Shown: piece by piece, positions 11,697 to 23,900 of the stretch
Numbering within the stretch: the first letter of the stretch is position 1
How the letters are laid out: each line of letters begins with the position of its first letter
Assembly (NCBI RefSeq): GCF_006345805.1
Contig: NC_043005.1
Coordinates: forward strand, 57,350,001 to 57,414,000
Reading direction: 5' to 3'
DNA length: 64,000 bases
Origin: Octopus sinensis
Lineage: Eukaryota
Position numbers and translations under genes: made by a program
Notes under the pieces: model-generated
Database searches by the model: none
What the model saw: the letters and a program-made list of their open reading frames with translations, nothing else
Told to the model about the DNA's origin: nothing

Positions 11697-12948
11697 ATTC
11701 CATCCCTAAATATGGCATGAATAAATTGTTGAAAAACTAAAATTATTCACACATTTCAAATATTTAGAGAGGTTTTTAGACAATAAAAAGTCACGGAAAA
11801 AGCCAGGCTTTGTAACCTACAGGATACCATCACACTGAGACATCAGAAAACGCTTTAGTGTCATGTGCTATCCATGCCCACAAAACGACCAGTGAGTGTC
11901 TCTCTCTCTCTGAGATGGAACTAGAGTGGGACATAGGAAGCAAGGCAGATCTGTTATGCCCTGATTGAGGACTGAGAAAGAAGAGCCTTGTAGCCTGGCC
12001 TTGAAGCAAGCTCATAGCTCATGACTTCACTTGTGACTATGCTTGGTGCAGATCTTGCTACATAATGTTCTATGCGGGGTGGAAGAAACTAAGCCTCAAA
12101 ATTGTATGAGAGAGGACACAGTTGATTGAACTAGTAGTTCTTCAGTATATTTTTTGAGATTTGATCACCTATCCACTCACATGGAAATAAAAATTTCGCC
12201 CTTGTTTTGTACAAGGGTTTGCTATACATCTTTGTATGATAAAAGGGTGCATTGTATAAGATGGAATACAAATTTAACCCCATTTTACTTTCCTTTAATT
12301 TTTTTTTTTTTTTGATATTGACAAGACAAGCAATTTAAGAAGAGTGAGCTGTAGTAAACTGAATCAATTCAGTTAATTACTGATACTGAGATTTAAAAAT
12401 AGAATGCAAAGGAATGGAAATATATGGTGCAAAGTGCTTATGCTAGAGACTCTGATTCTACACTGAATTGTTAGAGCATCTGACAGTATGCCTTGCAGTA
12501 TTTGTTCCCTCAGATATTGGGTACAATATAATCGGTTTTTTTTTCAAACCAAATTGTACACCTTGTGTCTAAGTTCAGAATGGTTATTGTTATTATTGAC
12601 AGTAGGTGGTGAGCTGGCTGAATCATTAGAGCATTAGAAAAATGCCATGTGATATTTGTTGTACTAAGCACTCTTGTTAGTACTCTTGCTTTTCATTGTA
12701 TTAAGCACTCTTGAGTTTAAAGACTCTAAGGCCAGCTTTGCCTTTTAATCCATCTAAAGATGATAAAGTAGCAGTCTGATATAGGAATCAGTCATTGATT
12801 GCACTACCCTTCCCTTAAAATTGTTAGCTTTGTACATAAACTATGAACAGGTCATGTTGGGCAGTGTCTTCTAATATAGTACCGGGTTGAGCAAAGCGTT
12901 GTGAATGGATTTGGTAGATGGAAGCTGTAAGAAGCTCATCATACATAT

Positions 12949-14851
12949 TGTTGTGGCGAGAGTCATTGATACCCCTGGGGGATTAGAAGAATGGATTTGC
13001 CGAACTCTTATAAAGAGTAGAGGTCAGTAGTAGTTGGGGGAGTGTTTTGATAGTCTCGTGAAGTATTTCATGTGAACACATTTATTAAACCTTCGCTGCA
13101 TAATTTATCAGTACCAACCTGTGGCAGGATTTAAAAGTAGCAATGAGATATTTGAAGCCTTTGTAAGATGTTTAAATTTTTTTTGGTATGACACCAAAGA
13201 AAAACTTATTTAACATGGATGATTTGTTGGTTTGCGTGATGCAGTTGCAACAACAACAACAATACCAACAGTTACTGGAAGTTATGTTGAAGAAGTCTGA
13301 AAATACTTCAGGTTTGTTCTTGTCAGACAGTGTAGCAAATTCAATTGGAGAATTTATTTATAACCCAGAAGGTACTACTTTTTTTCTTCATATTTTTGAA
13401 GATACAAAGAAATCTTCAAAGAAGAATGTACAAATTGGAATGACAAGAAGAAGTCACAACTACTTTTAAGAAAGTTATTCCCTCCTGAACATGAAAAATA
13501 CTGTAATTATATTCTGCCAAAGAAACCAGGTGAGATTTGTTTCGATGAAACAGTCAATTTGTTATCAAGAATTTTCAGTGAAAGAAGTTCCCTGTTCAAT
13601 ACTCATTGGCAATATTTAAATTTAGTTAAAAAAAAAATGAGGAAGATTTCATCACTTATGCTGGAGTAGTTAACAGAGAGTGTGAAAAATTCAAATTAAA
13701 TGAATTAATCCCAGATTTGTTCAAATGTTTCCATATATTATCAAAATTAGAACAGGACCAAAAATTAACTCTAAACACAGTGACTGAAGAATGCCAGAGG
13801 ATTATAAATTTAAGGCATGAAGAAAATTGAAGAAAAAATTGCTCTCAGATACGTGCGTGTTGCCCTCAAATGGATAAGAAAAAAGAAAAACAAATGTCAA
13901 GACCAAATCCATGGATAGACTTGGAAAGCTTGGCATTATTGAAAAAATTGATTACTCAAAATGGGCATCCCCTACAGTTTATGTCAAGAAAAAAAAAAAT
14001 AAAATCCGAATATGTGCTGATTTCTCAACAGGATTAAATGAACATTTGATGGCATATAATTATCCATGACTAAGTCCAGAAGAAATTTTCAAGAAGTTGA
14101 ATGAAGTAAAAGTTTTTTGTCACACTGGTCAGGTCATTTTTTGGGGTGCTGCTGGTAACATGTAACTCAGTACAACCTGTTGCATGCACCAGGACATTTG
14201 AAATTAGTGAAAGCTGGTAGAGGTTGCACGCTTGGCAGCCAAAGTACTGCCAGTGAAATACCTATCATGTCCCTTGAAAAGGTAGCATGTCGGCAGAAGT
14301 TGCACCAAACACGTAAGTTGCCGAAATGGTAGTTGTTTGAATTACTGTGTGTAGGTTCCATTGCTAAAATGTGGTTAAGGTTCAATTCTCTTGCTCACAA
14401 TGTATCAGATTCAACTGTGCAGTGTTAACCAGCTAGAAGAGATGTCTTCTTGGGGTTAAAAAATTGCACCAAAGTCCGTTTGAGCGAAAAACAAGAGTGC
14501 TTAATACAACGTAAAACAAGAGTGCAAACGGATATTACCTAAGAGTCGGGTAACAATTATGTTGCAACATCTAGCAACGAATTGTCACGATATAAAAGCG
14601 ACAATGTAAAAATAAATAAAAATAATAATATTAACTTCCAATGGAAGTAAATCTCAAAGGGGGGAGATGTGGCCAGAGTCATTGACACCCCTGGGGGATT
14701 GGAAGAAGGACTAGCCGAACTCTTATAAGGAGTATAGGTTGGTAGTAGGCTGGAGAGCATTTTGGTAGTCTTGCGAAGTACGTTGTGTGAACACATTTAT
14801 TAAACCTCCAATGCATAATTTATCTATACAAACCTGTGGCAGGATATAAAA
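12949..14851 (+). mobile_element. internally deleted Gypsy LTR retrotransposon with both LTRs
   Basis: LTR1 ~12949-13136 and LTR2 ~14668-14851 are diverged direct repeats starting tgtggc; PPT aaaggggggaga precedes LTR2. Gag relic (DSVANSIGEFIYNPE, EHEKYCNYILPKKPGEI, RECEKFKLNEL) and RT N-terminus (DRLGKLGIIEKIDYSKWASPTVYVKKKNKIRICADFSTGLN). Confidence 0.9.
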
Positions 14852-15782
14852 TATTTGTATGTATGTGTGTGTGTCTGTGTTTGACCCACCATCATTACCA
14901 CCTAATAAGTGTTGGTGCATTTATGTCCCTGTAATTTAGCAGTTTGGCAAAAGAGACCAATAGACACTATGTACCAGGCTTAGCAATATTTAAGTACTGG
15001 GGCCAATACATTCAACTAAAAATTCTTCAAAGTAGTGCTCCAGCATGGTCGTTGTCTATTGACAAACAAGTAAAAGATAAAAAATAAATTATTGACAGAT
15101 GTGCTTGATTGATGGGGGGAAAAAAATCTTGTTCAGTGATGTCCTTTTACATTCTGAGTTCAAATCTCACCAAGCTCTTTGATCCTTCTGGGGTTGATAG
15201 AATAAAGTACCAGTCAAGTACTGGGACTTGATCTAACAAAGTATCTGTTCATACCCCTCCCATTTTGCATTGTCACTTTTAATGGGGCTTACTTCTTTTT
15301 AAAGAGTGGTGAGCGAATGTTGCTGGCAATAATGTAGTGTTGAGATTCTTGGAAAAATTCTAATTATAAAAAGAAACATTTAAATGCAAAAACACAATAT
15401 AATTAAAGAAATACTATGATGAGGATTGTCTCTTCTCTTTTTATTTAATCACATTCTTCCCACCTCCAATTTTATTGGCAGAATGAGAGTTGCTATTTTT
15501 AGAACTGACTAGGTTAGTGACACACTGTTGTTAGCACTAATAAGGTCAATGATACAAAAAATCAATTCTAATAAGTCCTCTTTCTCCTTAACCCCTATAT
15601 TTCTCTTCTTTCCTATACCTTGTATAATGAAGTGTGTCGATGGAATATAGTTATGAAACTGAAGAATATGGTTGTGTCAAGAATTTATGGCTGAAGAATA
15701 TGGAAACTATGTAAATAGTACATGACTGAAGAGTTTATTAAAGATTTTTTCTTTTTTTTTTTGTAAAGTGTGAGATATAGAT

Positions 15783-15939
15783 GCAGGAATGGTTGTATGG
15801 TAGAAATTTTGCTCCTCAGTCTCATGGTTCTGAATTCAGTCCTACTGCATGGCACCTTGGACAAGTGTCCTCTACAGTAGCCTTGGGCTGACCAAAGCCT
15901 TGTGAGTGGATTTGGTAAACGGAAACTAAAAGAAGCCCA

Positions 15940-15977
<38 letters not shown>

Positions 15978-15990
15978 ATATATATATATA
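15783..15990 (+). mobile_element. SINE family A, 5' half; its 3' half appears at 19855-20080
   Basis: gcaggaatggttgtatggtag...ggaaactaaaagaagcccatc-(GT)n(TA)n; the family's 3' half resumes after the Penelope insertion. Confidence 0.75.
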
Positions 15991-16243
15991 TATAATCTGT
16001 TGTGTCTGGGGAGAGTCATTCTCTTTTAGTGCCTTATTATTTAACGCACTCACCGGTAAAATTTCCACTTATTTCTTATTTTTTTTATTTTCCTAACATA
16101 TCATATCATATATATATATATATGTGTTAGATAAGTTCAGTAAAAATTTAGATTCAGATGAATATGGTACTTAAGTTGAGGCACCAGAATTTAGTATGGT
16201 ATTATCCATAAAATTTAAAATAAGGTGGCTTATTTTGATTATA

Positions 16244-16276
<33 letters not shown>

Positions 16277-16363
16277 AAGGGTGAAAAGGAACACACGAGT
16301 TGATATATATGAAAAAACAAGTAAAAAATAGAAAATGCTAAAATAATTTTATAGTGAACATTT

Positions 16364-16401
16364 CAGTACCGGTTTCGGTCATTTTGAGACCTTTTCAACT
16401 G
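16364..16401 (-). ncRNA. minimal type I hammerhead ribozyme motif, U3-A8 core variant
   Basis: Minus strand: CAG-TTGAAAA-GGTC-tcaaaat-GACC-GAAA-ccgg-TA-CTG. Stem I CAG/CTG, stem II GGTC/GACC, palindromic ACCGGT in the stem III position, predicted cleavage after GUA. Confidence 0.75.
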
Positions 16402-16753
16402 TAACGATTAAATAATTAAATTTAGAAAAATTAGAAGAAAAGTTTTTTTAAAAGAATATTTCTATAGTAGTGTTCAGATTTAAGTGGCATTCTGCCTTTC
16501 TCTGACTCCCTTGTTTGCACTTGTGTGTTCCAGGTAGTTGTGAGTTCTTGGTAGGGTAGTAGAGGGAAGGCTGGTGAGGAAAGGGGGGTGGGAGAATCTG
16601 GGAGTGCCCTGATGGTCGTATTTTGAATGGTCAGTGGCGGCTGGCAGTCTCAGTTCAATTCAGGAGAATATTTATATTGACAGGCTTGTTTATAGAATTA
16701 GCGTAGGTGTTATACTAAAAAACATTAGTGACAAACTTAAGGGGTAGGGGGTG

Positions 16754-16961
16754 GAGAAGAAGAAGAAGAAGAAGAAGAAGAAGAAGATGACGATGATGGT
16801 GATGATGATTATGACGACGATGATGACGATAATGATGAAGAAGAAGAAGAAGAAGGAGGAGAAGGAGAAGATGGTGGTGATGATGGTGGTGATGATGATG
16901 ACGTCGATGATGATGATAATGATGATGATGATGAAGAAGAAGAGGAAGAAGAAGAAGAAGA
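16754..16961 (+). repeat. compound (GAA)n/(GAT)n trinucleotide tract in the left Penelope arm; mirrored at 19178-19388
   Basis: Directly visible; source of the poly-K/M ORFs at 16751 and 19143. Confidence 0.95.
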
Positions 16962-17122
16962 AAAAAACAGAGAAGGGAGAATATGAATGGGTGTAAATAT
17001 AGCTATGAAGGGGCTGATTAGTAATGGATTCTATGGAGTGTAGTATTTGTGTGTGTATATATATTTTTTTCTTTTATTCTAAAGTTGAGGTATATTAATT
17101 GTTTGTCGTATATTAATTTTTT

Positions 17123-19121
17123 GCACAAACAAAAACACAAACCAAACTTCAGCAAAAAAGAATGGGCTGAGTTGAACAAATTAAAACTAGATAAAACAAT
17201 AACAATCAAAGAGGCCGATAAAGGGAGTGCTGTTGTCTTAATGGATACAACATTTTACATAACTTTGGTACTTTCTATGCTGGAAGACACAACATACTAT
17301 GAAAAGGCACAAAACTACGGTCAACAAAAAATAATGAGGGAACTAAAATCCATATTAAACCCATACAAAGCAGGGCTCACCGACAAAGAATATGATTATA
17401 TGACCAATTTCACAAGTAAAACTAGCCAATTCTACGGTATACCTAAGATCCACAAAAGTGAAAAAATAAGCAACGCATGCAAGATAGCTACAGACAAAAT
17501 AATTAAAGTCCCTAATCCTAATGACCTCAAATTGAGACCCATAATAGCAGGTCCTGCATGCGAAACCCACCGCCTCAGTAACTTTTTAGACACCCTGTTA
17601 AAACCACTCCTCAAACATGTCAAAAGCTATATAAGGGACGACTTAGATATGCTCAATCACCTACCGAATACTATAAACAAAAACACCATACTGGTATCCT
17701 TCGATGTAGTCAACCTCTACTCCAATATCCCCCACAACCTAGGACTAGAGGCAATCCAATTCTGGCTAGAGAATCACGCCAACGAACTACCACACCGCAT
17801 CAAAAAAGAATTTGTGATAGAAGGGGTTAAATTCATCCTGGAAAATAACTTCTTCGCCTTCAATGACAACTTCTGCCGACAAAAATCGGGGACTGCGATG
17901 GGTACACGAATGGCCCCCTCCTTTGCCAACCTAGTCATAGGATACCTAGAGATCAGTCTGTATCGTAAGGTTCTAGAAAGATATGGCAGCCCTTTCTCCA
18001 TCTACATAGAAAACAACTGGAAGAGATATCTAGATGACTGTTTCATCCTTTGGCATAAAAATATAGAAAAACTCATAGAATTCCAGAAAATTTTAAACGG
18101 ACTGGACGTAAACATCCAATTCACGATGGAATATAGCCAACAACAACTCCCCTTCCTCGATATCCTCATTAAGAAGCTAATAATATAATAGAAACAGACA
18201 TATACTATAAGCCTACAGACTCTAAGCAATATCTTCCATTCAATTCATGCCACCCCAGACACACCAGGATGAATATCCCCTTCAATCTAGCAAAAAGGAT
18301 ATGCACTATAGTCTCTAACGCAAACACCAGAGACACACGACTACAAGAACTAAAAGATACCCTAATCACCAGGAACTATCCACCTTCACTTATTGACAAG
18401 TGCATTCAACGTGCCCTTCAACTTAACATCAAGGAACTGAGACATCCCAAATCAAAGAAAAACTTACAACCAAAAGCCTTACCATACATCTCCACACACA
18501 ACCCTCTCAATAACGAAGCCTTCGACACCATCCTCCACAACATACCCCTCCTAAAAAAAGACCAGAATGAACACAATCCTCCAAACACACACGATCATAA
18601 AAAGCAAAAGACAGCCTAGATCCATGAAAAGTCTCCTTACACAAGCCCGAATTCACTCTTCAACACAGAAGCCGACAGTAAAAAAATGTGGAAGACTCAA
18701 TTGCGGGATATGCGACTATCTAATCGAGGGTTCTGAGTTCTCCTTCAAACAGGGACAACGGTTTACAGTGAAAAGCAGCTTCACATGTGCTTCGGAGAAC
18801 CTAATATACTCACTAACCTGCTCTGGGTGTCAAGAGCAGTACATAGGCCAAACAAAAAATGGTTTGCGTAAACGAATGGCCCTGCACAGATCCCAGATAA
18901 AAATTCCCCAAAACAGAAAAATAGCTTTTAGCCAACACATAGATACTTGCGCCAACAAAAAAACACCAAACTTCAGAATTTTCCCCCTCTACCAATTTAG
19001 GGACAATACAACCTGGAGACAACGAATAAGTAAAGAAAAATTAATATACCTCAACTTTAGAATAAAAGAAAAAAATATATATACACACACAAATACTACA
19101 CTCCATAGAATCCATTACTAA
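17123..19121 (+). pseudogene. Penelope RT + GIY-YIG endonuclease ORF, N-terminally truncated, two single-base frameshifts (~18175, ~18565)
   Basis: TIKEADKGSAVV, FYGIPKIHK, LRPIIAG, SFDVVNLYSNIP, GTAMGTRMAPSFANL, KRYLDDCF, LPFLDILI, Cys linker CGRLNCGICDY, NLIY...QYIGQT...RKRMALH. The MGTRMAP motif and Cys-rich linker point to the Neptune clade. Confidence 0.95.
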
Positions 19122-19740
19122 TCAGCCCCTTCATAGCTATATTTACACCCATTCATATTCTCCCTTCTCTGTTTTTTTCTTCTTCTTCTTCTTCCTCTTC
19201 TTCTTCATCATCATCATCATTATCATCATCATCATCGACGTCATCATCATCACCACCATCATCACCACCATCTTCTCCTTCTCCTCCTTCTTCTTCTTCT
19301 TCTTCTTCATCATTATCGTCATCATCGTCGTCATAATCATCATCACCATCATCGTCATCTTCTTCTTCTTCTTCTTCTTCTTCTTCTCCACCCCCTACCC
19401 CTTAAGTTTGTCACTAATGTTTTTTAGTATAACACCTACGCTAATTCTATAAACAAGCCTGTCAATATAAATATTCTCCTGAATTGAACTGAGACTGCCA
19501 GCCGCCACTGACCATTCAAAATACGACCATCAGGGCACTCCCAGATTCTCCCACCCCCCTTTCCTCACCAACCTTCCCTCTACTACCCTACCAAGAACTC
19601 ACAACTACCTGGAACACACAAGTGCAAACAAGGGAGTCAGAGAAAGGCAGAATGCCACTTAAATCTGAACACTACTATAGAAATATTCTTTTAAAAAAAC
19701 TTTTCTTCTAATTTTTCTAAATTTAATTATTTAATCGTTA

Positions 19741-19777
19741 CAGTTGAAAAGGTCTCAAAATGACCGAAACCGTACTG
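19741..19777 (+). ncRNA. second copy of the hammerhead motif (one G missing in the stem III palindrome)
   Basis: CAG-TTGAAAA-GGTC-tcaaaat-GACC-GAAA-ccg-TA-CTG. Confidence 0.65.
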
Positions 19778-19854
19778 AAATATTCACTATAAAATTATTT
19801 TAGCATTTTCTATTTTTTACTTGTTTTTTCATATATATATATATATATATATAT

Positions 19855-20080
19855 ATGGTGTGTGTGTGCCTTTGTGTCTGTTTGTCCTCCACCACTGCTC
19901 TGACATCACTGGTGTTGATGTGTTTACATCTTCATAACTTAATGGTTCAGCAATAGAGACTGATAAAATAAGTATGAGGTTTTAAAAAACAAAGTCCTGG
20001 GGTTGGTTTGTTCGACTAAAACCCTTCAAGGCAGTGCCCCAGCATGGCTGCAGTCAAATGACTGAAGCAAGTAAAAAGGT
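19855..20080 (+). mobile_element. SINE family A, 3' half
   Basis: gtgcctttgtgtctgtttgtcctcc...ggcagtgccccagcatggctgcagtcaaatgactgaagcaagtaaaaagg. Confidence 0.8.
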
Positions 20081-20203
20081 AGAAATATCTGAAGAATATG
20101 GTAGAGATATTTTTTGAAAAGAATGAGATGTTGGAACTATCAGTTTCTGTTGACCACTGGATATCATTTACTTTCACCTACCACTTTATTTTCTTAAACA
20201 ATA

Positions 20204-20370
20204 GGTGCAGGAGTAGCTGTGTGTTAAGTAGCTTGCTTACCCACCACATGGTTCCGGGTTCAGTCCCACTGTGTGGCACCTTGGACAAGTGTCTTCTACT
20301 ATAGTGTTGGGCTGACCCAAGCTTTCTAAGTGGATTTGGTAGATGGAAACTGAAAGAAGCCTGTCATATA

Positions 20371-20423
<53 letters not shown>

Positions 20424-20630
20424 ATGTTTGTGTGTCTCTGTTTTTCCCCCAACATTGCTTGACAACCGATGCTGGTGTGTTTATGTCCCCGTAACTTAGC
20501 AGTTCGGCAAAAGAGGCCAATAGAATAAGTACTAGGCTTACAAAGAATAAGTCCTGGGGTCGATTTGCTCGACTAACGGCAGCGCTCCAGCATGGCCGCA
20601 GTCACATGACTGAAATGCATGAAAGAATAG
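20204..20630 (+). mobile_element. full-length SINE family A
   Basis: tRNA-like head, central (GT)/(TA) microsatellite, conserved 3' half ending cagtcacatgactgaaa. Confidence 0.9.
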
Positions 20631-20680
20631 ACTATGGCATGAAGTAGATGTCATTGATTTTAAGGATGCTTAACTTTTAA

Positions 20681-20911
20681 CCCTTTAGCATTTAAACTGG
20701 CCGTGTCCTATCTACTTTCTATTCAATATTCTACTTGTTTTATGTTCAAACTGGCAAGAAGTAACCTCATACCTATTGTACAATGCATCTGTCATTCTAA
20801 AAATAATCACATCACTGAAATCTCAAAGCTACGAGATTATCTATGATTAATTCAAAACAATGTGAATAAATAAGTATTAGATTTGACAGTGTAATCTTGA
20901 TTGCTAAAGGG
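20681..20911. mobile_element. piggyBac-type MITE, second family
   Basis: TTAA-ccctttagca...tgctaaaggg-ttga; related copies at ~31270-31495 and ~39520-40135 (the latter interrupted by a SINE). Confidence 0.75.
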
Positions 20912-23900
20912 TTGAACTGGCCAGATCTGGCTCAAATATCCTACCTGTTTTATGTGCAAACATGCCAGATCCTACCTCTCACACCTATTCGACAATGTCA
21001 TTCTATAAATGAAGAGTCACATCATCAAAATCTCAAAGCTGTGGGATTATCCATGATTAATTCAAAACAATGTGAATAAGTAAACATTACATTGAAAAAC
21101 AAGTGAGGGTTAGTGATAAGAAGAGCATCTAGCTGTAAAAACAATGGCTCAGTAATTTCTATTCATCTAACCCATACCAGCTAGGTAAATTGGACATAAA
21201 TGAATGGAAATTATGGCTGCATCAAGGGTATAACATGAGGAAGATTTGACTACTTTAACAATTTTACTAACAATAGAGAAAGGAAATAAGGTGTTAGTAA
21301 ACTGTGTGTGCTGAGACCTGTGAGGAAAAGCTCACCCACATTATGTGTGTATATATGCAGTCCTGTAAATTCCTTAGAATGAGAACAAATAGAAATTGTC
21401 CAGATAAATGCATATAGTTAATGAGAATACCAGTTCTTGATAGAAAGCTTGCACTGTTTCAGCCACAAAACTTAGATTCATTAGCTTCTTTTCCATTGGA
21501 CCAAAAGAAGAACAAAAAAACAAAAAGGTTCAGTAAATTGACTAATTGGAACTGGTGTTAGCGACAAGAATTGTTGGTCTCCAACTCTGAAAGCATGTTC
21601 AAGCTATAACACTATCATCATCATTTAATATCCGTTTTCCATGCTGGCATAGGTTGAACTTTTGACAGGGCTGCATCAGGCTCCAGTTGTCTGTTTTGGC
21701 ATGGTACCCTTCTTAACAATAAACACTTTACAGTGTACTCAGGTGCTTTTTATGTGGTGCCAGTACAAGTGCTTTCTGCATGGCATTACATGGGTGCATT
21801 TTTTTATGTGGTGCTGGCATGGCTACTCATTACATGGTACCAACGCAAGTGCTTTTTATGTGGTACTGGAAATAAATGATGCATAATTGGGCATGGGATT
21901 TGACTAATTATTTTCTATGAGCTGATCTGTAGGCAACATATCTGACACTCCTGACATATTGGATCTTACTGGTGATACTTTATTACTGTACGTAGAGGCA
22001 GTAGCAGTAGTTAGGTTATTTGCTCAATGGCAACATAGAGTATAGTTACTTCTGTGGGAAAGCTGCTTGTAAGGGACTGGCTTCCAATCCAAGGTGAGAC
22101 ATGACTCTTCATTTCTAAAACCTGAGGATCCATTGATTTGTTGTTTGTCTTTGGTTTTATAACTAATCCATTTCTAAACCATGATGATGCATGGATCTGT
22201 TGCTTATATTAAGTTTTTGTAGTGTTAAGCAGATAATTCTGACTAGATAACACACATAGCCACTGTAGAAAACTTTTTCCCAAATCAATGACTTGCTCAG
22301 TTTTGCAGCTGTACCACTCCTTGTAGTAACGAATTTCCTCATTTATGGTGGGGGCTATTTTGAACTTGGCTTAAGACTAGCAGTTGATATTCTATACCTT
22401 GTACTCGTACACTGCAACAGTGACTGAGCACAAAAGGTTCTGCTGTGTATGCCTAAGTTATCCATTGAATTTAATTGTGACTGTCTTCTTCTTCAGTTAT
22501 GTATCCTTTGGTGACTGTACTTCTTAACCTGTTTTATGTCAAACCTGCCTGGTTCTATGATATAAAATTTCTCTTTTACAGTGATCTAAATTAAAACCTA
22601 TCAAAATTTCTTGTTAATTTATGTTCTAAAGACTGACTTGATAACAACAAATTCGTCTCACAAAATTCTTCGTTCTTTCCAAAATTTATTGGAATGAAGG
22701 CAGTGGTATTTATTTCTCCAGAAATATGGTAATGAAAGGATTAAAGAGCATCAACGGATGATGCAAAAACATGTGTAATTAAAGAATCATGACTGCTACT
22801 GCTTCTGCTGTATCCACAGTGTATTACACAATTTAGGAATCTAATGAAATGGCAGTATTTCATCATTGCAGACAAGCATGGTACACAGACCATTGTCATG
22901 ATGACTATGACTACCTTTGAGATCCAAGATCTACATTGCAGAAGACTCCTGTGCAATGAAGCCATATTAATAGCAGTGTTGGGGATGTATGTTTGCCACT
23001 GTCTTTGCTTTAAAGGAGGAAGAACAGGGCCAAGGATAATTCATGACAACTGACACCATCTCCCAGCTACAGGGAAGCATTAGGAAATTGTGTCTGTTGA
23101 AAATCATCTTTAACCTTTTCTTTGCTATATCTCTGTTGAAATATAATGCCTTTGTTTCAATATATTTTGAAAATAAAGGAGAATGCGGTACAATACTGTT
23201 GTCATTATTAATCTGATACTTAGAGCATAACATGAAATTTTGATGGAAAGCTTTTAATTTAGAGCATTTTAAAACACAGCCTCTAACATAGAATCAAGAA
23301 CAGTTTCACGTGGGTTGGTATCAAAAGGGTTAAAACTGACCAACACAATTTGTTTTTCTCTCAAGATATACTTCCCTTGTCTTTATGTTCCTGCACTCAC
23401 CCGCAAGGTGGCAGAGCAGTACAGATAGACTGCCCCACTATGATTAAGAAACCCTGTTTACCATTTTCTGATTAAAAAAAAAAGTCTCTCATTCCCAGAG
23501 TTGTCCTTCAGCATGTTCATTTACCAATGTACTTATTCTTGAGTAATTTTAAATGTCCTTGTGCTCTTTTGCCACACAGTCATTAACTGAATTCTAGTTG
23601 CATCCATCCTTTTGACAGCTCCTGTGTTTTTTCCTGTCTGAGTTACTGGCTTCTATTTTCTTTTCTTTGATTCAGTCATTTTACTACAGCCATGCTGGAG
23701 TACTGTCTTGAAGGGTTTACTTGAACAAGCTGACCCTAGCATTTATTTTTTTAAGCCTGGTTCTTATTCTATTGTTCTCTTTTGCTGAACTCTAAGTTAC
23801 AGAGGAGATAAACAAGATAGTGAAGATGCCGACGACTGCTCGGTTCAAAGTCTCTCTTGACCAGAAATGGCCTGAACTCTTTGCATGAACACCCTCCCTG

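Larger units (their letters stand above)
16303..19838 (+). mobile_element. Penelope-like retroelement (Neptune-type), 5'-truncated, flanked by ~790-bp inverted repeats
   Basis: Arm 16311-17100 is the reverse complement of 19039-19830 (few differences by eye); both arms end in (TA)n; the body encodes RT and GIY-YIG endonuclease. Confidence 0.95.

Noticed and set aside
16751-16996. Poly-Lys/Met ORF and its mirror at 19143-19391
   Set aside because: Frame of the GAA/GAT tract in the Penelope arms; GTG start, no coding context.
21900-22550. Protein-like stretches on the minus strand
   Set aside because: Stops in all frames and no recognisable motif; cannot be assigned.
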